DNA of 55,640 nucleotides from Octopus bimaculoides (lineage: Eukaryota). Position 1 is the first letter of the stretch; each line of letters starts with the position of its first letter. The stretch covers positions 26,275,926-26,331,565 of the forward strand of contig NC_068981.1 of assembly GCF_001194135.2 (NCBI RefSeq), read 5' to 3'. The position numbers and the translations under genes are program-made. Below are positions 38,041 through 48,964 of this stretch, in pieces. The notes below the pieces were generated by a model that was given only the letters and a program-made list of their open reading frames with translations, did not search any database and was not told the DNA's origin.

Positions 38041-38354
38041 TATTTGTGTGTACATATGCATGTGAGAGTTTCTATTCCGTCTTTCACACATTTTGCTATA
38101 GTTCTGCTGTTTTTTTATTATATTTCCAAACACTTTTGTCATAAATCTCTCATGATAAATGCCGAGCACGTGTGCGCCTATTCTTTCTTTCTTTCTCCCC
38201 CCTCTCTCTCTCTCTCACACACACACACAGTGACAAAAGAACAGGAGTTATGTAATCGCTTTCATTAGCTTACACTCAGCCGTACGTTTGTGTGAGTGTA
38301 CGTCCACGTATATGTATGCGTGCTTATATATTTTGCATTTATATTTCTCGATAG

Positions 38355-38495
38355 GTAATGTTGTATACAGCAACACGGCAGGGACGACAAAATACTTAAC
38401 TAGATCCCGGCGACCAGCATTAATTGCATCCGCCATGTCTGAATTTAATGTTATTCTTCCACTTTTATCAAATCTCACCAGCACATTGAAATCAG
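38355..38495 (+). CDS. ASMT: ASMT-like exon (141 nt, phase 1-1)
   Basis: tctcgatag|GT...TCAG|gtaaga. GNVVYSNTAGTTKYLTRSRRPALIASAMSEFNVILPLLSNLTSTLKSG resembles FYRNTELSSDYLT...HLADAVREG. Confidence 0.85.
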
Positions 38496-38775
38496 GTAAG
38501 ATTTTTTTCTTTATTTACCAGAAATATATATTATCCATCGTCAGTTTTGGTCTCTTCTTCTCAAGCTTTAACAATCACACCTTTTTATTCATACTTTTTC
38601 AACGCTTTCTAAGCTATGGATCAACACCCGACCATATGCATAAGGGTGTAGCTATGTGGCAAGAAATTTGCTTCCAAACCGCAATGTTCCAGGTTAAGTC
38701 TCATTGCTTGGCACCTCCGATGAAGGTTTTCTACTATAGCGTCTGGCGACCAAAGGGAAAACTGAAAGAAGCCCG

Positions 38776-38838
<63 letters not shown>

Positions 38839-38948
38839 GTGTATATATATAATACAAAGTCGAAATTTATAGAAAAGCAAAAGATGACAGGTGTATGAAC
38901 AACAAGAAAATGTATTAGTTTGACGCTCGGGGAAAATGAAGGTTTTTT

Positions 38949-38973
38949 TACGTTTCGAGCCTACGCTCTTCAG
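38949..38973 (-). ncRNA. Hammerhead-like core within a short intronic repeat (~38870-39010)
   Basis: Reverse complement CTGAAGA-GCGTAGGCTC-GAAAC-GTA. Stem II register is imperfect. Confidence 0.35.
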
Positions 38974-39979
38974 CAGAAAGGAATAAGAGAACATATGAGA
39001 GAATGAAAACAACTTGTGAATTTCAGCAAAGCATTTAATACGCGACCCCAGTTCGAGCTTAGTGATTATTACTGTTGTTTTTGGACCTATGAGAATCAGC
39101 AGCTAAATCTTCCTCATATCATGCCCTTAAATCAAGATATATATTGTCCTGGAAAAAACAATTTCTGTTTTCATTCTTTTATTAACAGATGTGCGATTCG
39201 TTGAGTTCTTAACTATGGTTTACAGAGCGCGATAAATTGCAGAAAGAAACGAATCACTGATGTTTCCATGACGACCTCATCATAATAGATTGGTGCGTGA
39301 CACACAGTTTTGGGTCCCCCAAATACACTGACCTTCGAATACTTTTTAATGATTTCTGACTCGCACTAGTTTTGTAATGATAATGATGATTTCAATTTCT
39401 GGCGCAAGGGCAGCAACTTTCGATTACATTTACCCAGTGTTCAACTGGTACTTGTTTTATCGACTTCGAAAAGATGAAAGGCAAAGTCGAGCCTGTAGAG
39501 TTTGAGGTCAAAACGTAAAGAGCCAGAAGGAATATTGCAAAGCATTTCTCTGACACTCTGCTAGCTCCCCATCTTTTAATGGTTCTTTGATTTAGGCACA
39601 AAAGCATAAATTTTAGTGGGTGGAGTAGTTGATATTATCACTTCAAGTACGTGAATGATAGTTTATCAACCCTGGAGGAGGGAAAAGCAAATTTAATGAG
39701 GGTGGATTTTAACACAGAATGTAATGAGTCTGGAGAAATAACGCAAGACATTTTTGTCCGATCCACTTGTGATTTTGTCAGTCCTTATTGCTATTTTTCG
39801 TTTGCTCCTTGGTTCAGAATGTTTTCAGTTATATCACTCTTATTGTTTGCTAATTATATCACTCTTATTGTTTGCTGATGGTCTGCTTCATATGACAAAA
39901 CGAAGTTTGCGTGTGTTACAATTGTAAACCTTATTTGAAATTCACTTAACAATTTTCTCGTTTCTTTCGTTCTGAACAG

Positions 39980-40369
39980 GCAAAGCATTTATAGACATGG
40001 CGAATATAAAGGCGGGAAAAATGTTGAATAATGAAAATCCTCCAATGAAAAATATTCATATAGAAGACCAGAAGGATACTGCCCACAACAAAGGTAGCCA
40101 CACCGAATCGAGTCATACACCGGGTGTTAACTGTACAAATGGAGTCACACCAAACGGCACAAATGGTATTAGTGCCAACATTACTGGTACCAATGGCACA
40201 CACACTACTAACGGAACTCATCCGGACAAAGCTAGTAACGGTAGTAAACCGGCAATGGATTGTAGTGCAATGATAATGTTGTCTATGGATGGTCTTACAG
40301 TACCTTGTGCTCCAGTTTTAGTGAAAGCTTTTGATCTGAGTGCTCACAGAACTGCTGTTGATTTAGGTG
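39980..40369 (+). CDS. ASMT: ASMT-like exon (390 nt, phase 1-1) carrying a low-complexity insertion and the start of the SAM motif
   Basis: ttcgttctgaacag|GC...GGTG|gtatgt. It is open for 130 codons and ends IMLSMDGL...VKAFDLSAHRTAVDLGG. Confidence 0.85.
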
Positions 40370-40580
40370 GTATGTATTACTTTTCATAAAATGTAATAAC
40401 TACGATTTGCTTTTTATCTTTTTCGAACCTAAAGGCATCTGTAATATATCGAGATCACTTCAACTGTAGACACAGTTAAATCGTTAGCAACATTTAATAT
40501 AATGTACCAGTAGTAAAGATGCTATAAGCACGTTTCTCTTCCCATTCTCTACTCTTTCATTTTCTCTCTACATATGACTG

Positions 40581-40608
40581 CTGAAGAAGCACTTAAACGC
40601 GAAACGTC
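40581..40608 (+). ncRNA. Degenerate hammerhead-like core in an intronic repeat related to the 38.9 kb copy
   Basis: CTGAAGA-a-GC acttaaac GC-GAAAC-GTC. Shares ctgctgaaga, cgaaacgt and agcgtcaaact blocks with the reverse complement of 38905-39010. Confidence 0.3.
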
Positions 40609-41312
40609 GAAGACATTTAGAACGTCTCTCTACTTCAGCGTCAAACTGATAATTTCACATTGTTGTGTTACTGTTCAATCACACACCACGTGCTAACGAT
40701 TCCGCCAGCTATAAATTAATATCGATATTTCTAACAAGCACAAGAACTGACATTAATGCAGAAGTGTATAATCGATTATCACATCTCCATACATATTATA
40801 TCGACTCTGGAAAGAGGGGAGATAAAGCTGATTCAGAATTCGAACGTAAATAGTATTAAATTAAGCGTTGCATTATGTCTACCACTCTACCGGTTTTGTA
40901 TGGAAGCCCGTAGGATGGATTCCTCGTAGAATTCAACTTTCTCACATTCGTCACACAGATTCTATTTGAGAATTATTTTGGGATTGCAGATGTCTGTGGA
41001 ATACTCGGCTGCTTACACGTCTATTTCAGTAGGCAGACACTTCAGCTAATCAAACACCTAAATGATTATACGTTGTTTTGGGAGTAAGTTCAACACGTAC
41101 AGACGCATAAACAGGGGGAAAGAGGGTAGTCCAGAAGTCATGAAGTATAAAACCGCAGGTAGACCAAAATCAAAATCTACCTGATTATGTCCACAAATTG
41201 TAATATCCCTTCGAACTTGATGAATTTTGGCCCGCACCTTATTTTGTGTATGTGTGTGTTCTTTTTGTTTTTAAATGTTTTTTTTAAATCCTAACTTTGT
41301 CTATGTTTACAG

Positions 41313-41453
41313 GAGGCTCCGGTTTGATAGGTAGGACATTAGCAAGTCACTATCCAGAAATGAATATCACAGTCTTTGATCTCCCATCTGTCGTACAATT
41401 GGCGAAAAAACTTTATCCCGAGAATAGCAGTGGTCAAGTGAATTTTGTAGCAG
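41313..41453 (+). CDS. ASMT: ASMT-like exon (141 nt, phase 1-1), SAM-binding motifs I-II
   Basis: tgtttacag|GA...GCAG|gtaagt. GGSGLIGRTLASHYPEMNITVFDLPSVVQLAKKLYPENSSGQVNFVAG completes DLGGGSG. Confidence 0.95.
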
Positions 41454-42051
41454 GTAAGTCGTAACGTTGCATCCTGTCCTACTATGTTAAACACTTACGA
41501 AGGAATGAAACCTCGGCTCCAATTAGATTATATGACCCCATGTAGTAATAACGCACTCCTTTACATTCTCGCAAATAAAACTGGTAATTTCTAAGGTTGA
41601 AACTATTTCATTTTTCCTTAATTTAAAAAATCACCGAAAGAAAAAAGAATTAAAGTATAATCTTCAGGATTAATTCTAGTGACCAAAGTCGACCTCGGTG
41701 GATTTTGAAATCAAAACTTACATACGGAAGAAACGCCGTTAAGCATTTTGTCCGGTGTGGTAACGATTCTGGCGTCTTGCTTTAATATATATATGCTTTA
41801 AAACAGACTGGAATTTGTGGTATTATTTAGAATTCTGTAGTTACAATTGTTTCATTACAACATGGGAAATACACTATATAAACATAAAATTTATATTAAT
41901 AGCATGAATATATTTAATTCATTATATAATCCTAACACATACATTAACATTTAGTATCCATTAGATGAGAAATTTCAGAATACATTTCTTAAATAACTCT
42001 GTTTATTTACTGTTCAAAGATCTACATTATATATATTATATTTTTCTCTAG

Positions 42052-42174
42052 GTAATTTCTTCGAGGATGAGATCCCCGATGCTGATCTTTATGTGTTATC
42101 ACATGTAATCCACGATATGACAGAGAAACAAATAGATATACTACTTAAACGGGTGTATAATAAACTACCTCCAG
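42052..42174 (+). CDS. ASMT: ASMT-like exon (123 nt, phase 1-1), catalytic His motif
   Basis: tttttctctag|GT...CCAG|gtaagt. GNFFEDEIPDADLYVLSHVIHDMTEKQIDILLKRVYNKLPPG. Confidence 0.95.
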
Positions 42175-42668
42175 GTAAGTGATAATTCTTCTATTTCTGT
42201 TGTTGCTTCTCGTTACGTTCACTCTAGTTTACATAGTCTAGTATTGCCACTAGTGTGGCATCAGCAAAGTTAAGCATATACTGACAGTGATTTTATGCAG
42301 CTAATATTTTATCGTTTTGCTTTTGTACCTTGACTACGTTTGCTGTTAAAACGTTTGTCAAGAATGGTGAATCACGGGTTATGCTGCTGTGTGTGCGTGT
42401 GTGTGTGGATTCTTTAACAAGAACAGTGTTGATAGTGACATCATAGTTTCAGTCTACTTACCCTTCATCGTACTGTGGTACGTTTGAGAAGAGCTTGGCT
42501 TCACATAGTTTCTGGTACATTTAATTTTTCTAGGTTAGATAGAGCTCTGTTGAATGATAAGTGGGTTGTAGTGTTGGTTCTGATGGATAGACATTAATGG
42601 AAGATTTTTATGGATTAAATTTGGAGTCGTTTTATGTTACTAACATTCTGTTCATATTTTTTTTGCAG

Positions 42669-42892
42669 GCGGAAGTTTGCTAATCTTGGAGAAAACCCTT
42701 GATGAAATGAAAGATGGTCCTTCATTTGCAGTGAGCAATGATCTCATAATGTCGTTGATAAGTACTGGTCGTGAACGTTCAGCGAAAGAATATAGGGAAA
42801 TATTAGAAGAACAAGGATTTACAAATATACAAATCCGTTTAGTTGGTGGATACAATTACTTTGATGCCATACTCTCGAAGAAACCATTTTAA
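42669..42892 (+). CDS. ASMT: ASMT-like terminal exon
   Basis: ttttgcag|GC. GGSLLILEKTLDEMKDGP...STGRERSAKEYREILEEQGF...YFDAILSKKPF, then TAA. The six exons sum to 1188 nt (396 codons). Confidence 0.95.
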
Positions 42893-42910
42893 TTAAAAAA
42901 AAAGTATTAA

Positions 42911-42916
42911 AATAAA
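42911..42916 (+). terminator. Candidate polyadenylation signal AATAAA
   Basis: 18 nt after the stop codon. In AT-rich sequence this could be chance. Confidence 0.35.
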
Positions 42917-42981
42917 ACAAACAATTGTACATTCATACACGTATCACATATACATACATATATTCATACATACACAAACGT

Positions 42982-43023
<42 letters not shown>

Positions 43024-44335
43024 NNNNNNNNNNNNNNNNNNNNNNNNNNNNNNNNNNNNNNNNNNNNNNNNNNNNNNNNNNNNNNNNNNNNNNNNNNNNN
43101 NNNNNNNNNNNNNNNNNNNNNNNNNNNNNNNNNNNNNNNNNNNNNNNNNNNNNNNNNNNNNNNNNNNNNNNNNNNNNNNNNNNNNNNNNNNNNNNNNNNN
43201 NNNNNNNNNNNNNNNNNNNNNNNNNNNNNNNNNNNNNNNNNNNNNNNNNNNNNNNNNNNNNNNNNNNNNNNNNNNNNNNNNNNNNNNNNNNNNNNNNTAT
43301 ATATACTATGCGTCGCGTTCTACATTAATCTCATAAATATTGACATCGGACATATCTTTTTGTCGTAAAGAAACTTAAAGGGGAACACAACGAACGCGTT
43401 ACGAGGATGACGACGATGACTATAACGATGATTATTATGATAATGATGAAATAGAGGGAGACTGTGAATTTCTTACTGATTAAAAAAGTGTAGAAACATC
43501 GTTTTTCTTTCTGACACACTCACAGATATACACAAAAGGACAAGTATTTTTTTTCAAGATAAGACAATAATAGTATTATTGGTTATATTGTCATATATTT
43601 ATAGTTAGAGAGATGGAGATATTATCATGTCCCAGTATATTTCTGGTATGTCTATTTTATTATCGATACCGGTGGCATTTGAAACCTTCCCCCACACAAC
43701 TCATAATTAAAATAATAAACGTTACTTTCTAGTATATGTTAACTCTTCTAGATAGTTTCACAAAACTGCGAGACAGTTATTATTTTTACCATCAACACAA
43801 CTTCTACTAACACTAATACTATCAGTTGCCAGATGCTTTTATATTGTATTAATTTCCTGGTGTGCTTTTATTCAAAACGGGGGAAGATTAGGCTAACCTC
43901 TGTGAGATTTTAATTCAGAAATCCTTTATATAAAACTATAATTATTGACATACTTATATTAAATCCCACTGAAAGAATCCTGTGGAAATGTTTCGCTTTA
44001 CTTGTTTCTTCTCCCATGATAATAATGTCTTAAATAGCAATTCTAGTTCTTTTAGATAAATGGACATTGTTAAGTGGAGACATACAGACAGCTAATATTG
44101 CAACTACGTGAATCTTGCATCATGTTTTCAGCTCATTTTAACTCGCCCGCTTTTCTCTCTTTCTCTCTCACTCAGTAAAATAAGTGATCCGAAACTTTCA
44201 TTCGTCTGAAGATTCACTCAGTTAAAGGGAGAAGAGTATGTAGCAGCAAATTTTACTTATTTTTATTAGAGAAAGAGAGATGGGAAGTTTAGCTGTGATA
44301 GTTTAGCATCCTTTCCCAAAAGCATGTGGAACCAC

Positions 44336-44428
44336 CATGGGCAAACTTTTTGGATGGACATGCCAACGAAAAATTACGAAGAATTATTTTAGCAGTGCGG
44401 CCCGCTTCCTGAAAGAAGGTTGCCTATG
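44336..44428. mobile_element. Possible tiny hAT-type MITE remnant
   Basis: Imperfect inverted ends catgggcaaactt / aaggttgcctatg (11/13) with internal gcgggcccg. No TSD is visible. Confidence 0.3.
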
Positions 44429-45865
44429 CTTGATATAGAGGGTATAAGCATTTTTCATCTGCCAAAACAAAGTGGAACTGTTTGAGCACCGGGCTTATAG
44501 GTCTTTTTTTAAACTGAATGACGAAATGAATGTAGACAAGAAAGAAGAAAAAAGAGGGGAAATAAACAAAATATTGGAAAGAAAGAAATCATCGACCAAA
44601 AATTAATTATTCTTTTTCTTTAATCATGAACAATGTTGACGAAGTTTTCCTTTCTTTTTTCTTGCATATTTTTTAAATTTTTAACTCTCAGCCATTTTGA
44701 AAAAGAAGCAAAACAATTTCTTGTCCTCTGCTCAATATCCATCAGAATAAAATATAATTCACCAACTCATATTTGGAAAGTGGGTATTAAGAAACAGTGA
44801 CTAAAATAATAAGAAAAATTATAATGATCGCGATGACGACGATGATTATGTTAATGATGTATTTTTTTTCTTTACAAGTATGGGTAGTACGATATTATGG
44901 GACATTCGAGCGTTTTTCTCTATCTCACACACGCACACACACACACACACATACACACACAACCACACGTGTCCGAAGGACAATATGGACGACCGTAAAA
45001 TTAACATTGACGCAATTTGTCGATTATTTTATCATAATGACGCAACATCGGCGCAAAGCCGCTACATTACAGAGGAGAGGAGAGCCGGTCGAGAAGAATC
45101 AAACCATTGTACTTGACTGGTACTTAATTCTGTTGTACCCGGATGGATTATAGGCAAGATCGTCTTCGTCCAGAAATGTAATTTAAAATATAGCAAAAGA
45201 CATTTAATCCGACTCTCAACCGATTATTTTAATCCACAGCTCTTAATATAATTAATAACGAAACTAATATTAATAATTATTAATAATAATAATAATACGG
45301 AAAAGGAATATATAATTTTTTTGTTTATATGTATTTTTTACTTTGTGTGTAGTGTATGCATGCATGTATGTATGTTTGTGTGTGTGTGTGTTTTTCTTGT
45401 TTTATTCTTTACCGTGACAATTTTGAAACAATATCAGTGTGTGCATCTGTATGTATTATTGAGTGTGTGTGTGTGTATTTGTATGATGCTATGTGTGTGT
45501 ATGTGATTTCATGTTTCTCTGTGTGTATTTCTTAATGATGCATAAAATACTGACGACGAACTGGTGTTAATAATAATAATAATAATGATAATAATGATGA
45601 TAAAAGTTAATGAGGATAATGATGGTGGTGAGGACTATCATAATAGCAACAATAACAACCATAATGTTATACATCAGAAGAGAGACAAGATAGATGAAAA
45701 TATTATATATACACGAAATTAAACATTAAAAAAATAAAATATTTAAAAGAATTTTAATAAAATAATAATAAAATATAATTCTTTGATTTCAAAGATTTGT
45801 TGTTTTCTTTTTTTCTATTACATTGTTTAGTATGTATGTGTGTCTGCACAAAGATGTACATGCAT

Positions 45866-46736
45866 ACTACCTTGTGAACAAATCGCATGTATATAGTGCC
45901 GTTTCCTCTACTACGTTTCTTCTTCGTTTACCCTCGTCTTTCTTTTCCTTTTCTCTACTTTATTTCTAAGAAAATTCGTTCCTTTTGGATCGATCAGTTC
46001 TGAATTTCAATTTTCTGCTTCGATTCTTCTCGCATTTAAGAAATAATGTTTAATTCTGTCATATGCTCAAGTTACCAGCTTTTGGTAATGGGCTAACAAT
46101 ATTAATCTTTAGCACACTGTAAGTGCATAACGTCACCGTATGAGTTTGTTACTCCCCTAGTAACAGGGCAGGGGAAACAATTCTAGAGAGAATGTAATGT
46201 GCTAAATGTTAAAGCAGTGGGTAAGCCGATTTAATCGACTTACATCAAACACCCCCACCCCTTAACCGGTACATGTTTTATTGACCTCCGAAAGGAAGAA
46301 AGGCAAAGTTGACTGGGACGGAATTTGAAATTATAGCGCAGAGCCAAGAGAAATGCTGTTGAACGTTTTGACCGATACCCAAACCATTCTGCCAGCTCAT
46401 GGCCTTTTATTTGAGAATTAATGTCAATGACTACCCTTGCCGACCACCAAAAGGGCGCTCCTTTATTCTTTTTTTTTTTTATGGAGTTCTAATTAGAGGA
46501 AAATGTCTTGGTGTTTCAGCTCGGCCAATCTACTTCCTGAAATTATGTTCGTTGCATATAACTCATTTTCCGTCATTATAGGTGCAGCTATGTAGTAAGA
46601 GGCTTGTTTCCCAACCACATGGTCCCGAAAGGATGAAAGGCAAAGTCGACCTCGGCGGAATTTGAGCTCAGAACGTAGCGGCAGACGAATTACCGTGAAG
46701 CACGTCGCCCTAACGTTTCTGCCAGGTCGCCGCCTT

Positions 46737-46801
<65 letters not shown>

Positions 46802-47007
46802 CTACCTTGTGAACAAATCCCATATAAATAATGCCGCTTCCGCTACTACGTTTCTTCTTCGTTTAACCTCGTCTTTCCTTTCCTTTTCTCTACTAAGAAA
46901 ATTCGTTCCTTTTAGATCGATCAGTTCTGAACTTTAACTTTCTGCTTCGATTCTTCTCACATTTAAGAAACAGTATTTAATTTTGTCATGTGGCTAGTTA
47001 CCAGCTT
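45866..47007. repeat. Diverged ~210-bp direct repeat pair (45866-46081 and 46801-47007)
   Basis: actaccttgtgaacaaatc...gttaccagctt occurs twice, roughly 85% identical by eye, with one 8-bp indel. Confidence 0.85.
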
Positions 47008-47298
47008 GTGAAATCAACTAATGTCAATATCAGTTGTTGTAGAAATTGACACAGTATTTCGTGCGTTCTGAGTTCAAGTTCCGCCGAGGTCGACTTTGCC
47101 CTTCACCTTTTTGGGGGTCGTTAAATAAACTACCAGTAAAACACTGGGGTCGATGTTAAACGACTAGTCCCCTCCCACCAAATTTGGAGACTTGTGCCTC
47201 CAAATAGAAACGATTATATAGAGACTGACAACCTTAAAATAACCAACAGTAAGGTGTGAAAACAAAACCATTAGCTTATTCTAAATGGACGAACATGA

Positions 47299-47515
47299 GG
47301 CAGCGAGCTGGCAGAAGCGTTAACCCCCTGGGCAAAATGCTTAGCAGAACTTCGTCCGTCTTTACATTCTGTTCAAATTCCGCCGATGTCGACTTTGCAT
47401 TTCATCCCTTTCGGAGTCGATAAAATAAATACTAGTTTTGCACTGAGGTTGATGTAATCTACTTAACCGACCCCCCCCCCCTCAAATTGCTAGCCTCGTG
47501 CCAAACATTGAAACC
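47299..47515 (+). mobile_element. SINE family A, near full length
   Basis: ggcagcgagctggcagaagcgtta...gttcaaattccgccgatgtcgactttgcatttcatccc...gataaaataaatactag...ctcgtgcc, with tRNA-like A/B boxes. Confidence 0.8.
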
Positions 47516-48099
47516 AATATTACATAAACATAGTGAAATAAAATTTTATTCCAATAACGACGTGTAACACGATTTTTGTCCGTGGGAGACAACTGTTATT
47601 TCCTATTTGCTTACCCCCAGAAAGCATGAAAAATGGCTAATATTTCCTTCAAATTGTGATTTTGTTAAATTCATTAAAACCCCAAAGAATCCTTCTCAAA
47701 ACATGACTATGATGCTCCCCCATTACTTCTACTGGTGATCGGAGGTGTGCATATCGTCAGCCACTAAGGGACATGCTCAACTTGTGAAGGTCAAGCAATT
47801 GACAAGAAAATCTGTGGTGCTGAGCAGAATATTTGCTATAACGATATTTCTGCTTCAGCAACTCAGTGCGAAATCTGTCTGAATCGTAATGGAAAGTAAG
47901 TCAATTTCAAAACACTGATGTCCTGGTCACAAAAACAAAGCTTGAAGGAAATTAGTAGTCATTCCCTTTAATTATTAGAAAGAAGCAAATGAGAAATAAC
48001 ACTTACTGACCAAAGACAAAAAAAAAAGAAGAAAAAAGATTTTAATTTTGCTACACATTGTAATAGCATCGACGTTTAAAATAATGATTTAAATTTTTT

Positions 48100-48273
48100 G
48101 CCACAAGGGCAGCTAGGAAGAGGAGATTAAGTCGATTACATCGACCCCAGAGCGTAACTGGTACTTATCTAATCGACCTCGACAGAATGAAATGCTAAGT
48201 CGAACGTAGCAACAGACGAAATACCGCTAAGCATTTAGCCCGGGGTGCTAACGATTCTGCCACCACGCCACCT
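48100..48273 (-). mobile_element. SINE family A
   Basis: Reverse complement of the 47299 copy, with an internal deletion. Confidence 0.75.
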
Positions 48274-48964
48274 TATCTACGTTNNNNNNNNNNNNNNNNN
48301 NNNNNNNNNNNNNNNNNNNNNNNNNNNNNNNNNNNNNNNNNNNNNNNNNNNNNNNNNNNNNNNNNNNNNNNNNNNNNNNNNNNNNNNNNNNNNNNNNNNN
48401 NNNNNNNNNNNNNNNNNNNNNNNNNNNNNNNNNNNNNNNNNNNNNNNNNNNNNNNNNNNNNNNNNNNNNNNNNNNNNNNNNNNNNNNNNNNNNNNNNNNN
48501 NNNNNNNNNNNNNNNNNNNNNNNNNNNNNNNNNNNNNNNNNNNNNNNNNNNNNNNNNNNNNNNNNNNNNNNNNNNNNNNNNNNNNNNNNNNNNNNNNNNN
48601 NNNNNNNNNNNNNNNNNNNNNNNNNNNNNNNNNNNNNNNNNNNNNNNNNNNNNNNNNNNNNNNNNNNNNNNNNNNNNNNNNNNNNNNNNNNNNNNNNNNN
48701 NNNNNNNNNNNNNNNNNNNNNNNNNNNNNNNNNNNNNNNNNNNNNNNNNNNNNNNNNNNNNNNNNNNNNNNNNNNNNNNNNNNNNNNNNNNNNNNNNNNN
48801 NNNNNNNNNNNNNNNNNNNNNNNNNNNNNNNNNNNNNNNNNNNNNNNNNNNNNNNNNNNNNNNNNNNNNNNNTTTAACATAACAGTAATAGCCCACGAAA
48901 ATATATAGAAGAGGCACACGCTAGAAGTACTAAAATAAAGTTTAAGTAATAAAGGCACAGTTGT

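Noticed and set aside
40030-40266. The Asn-Gly insertion as an unrecognised intron
   Set aside because: There is no internal polypyrimidine acceptor or strong donor, and the segment is stop-free with coding-like composition unlike the neighbouring introns. It still needs RNA confirmation.
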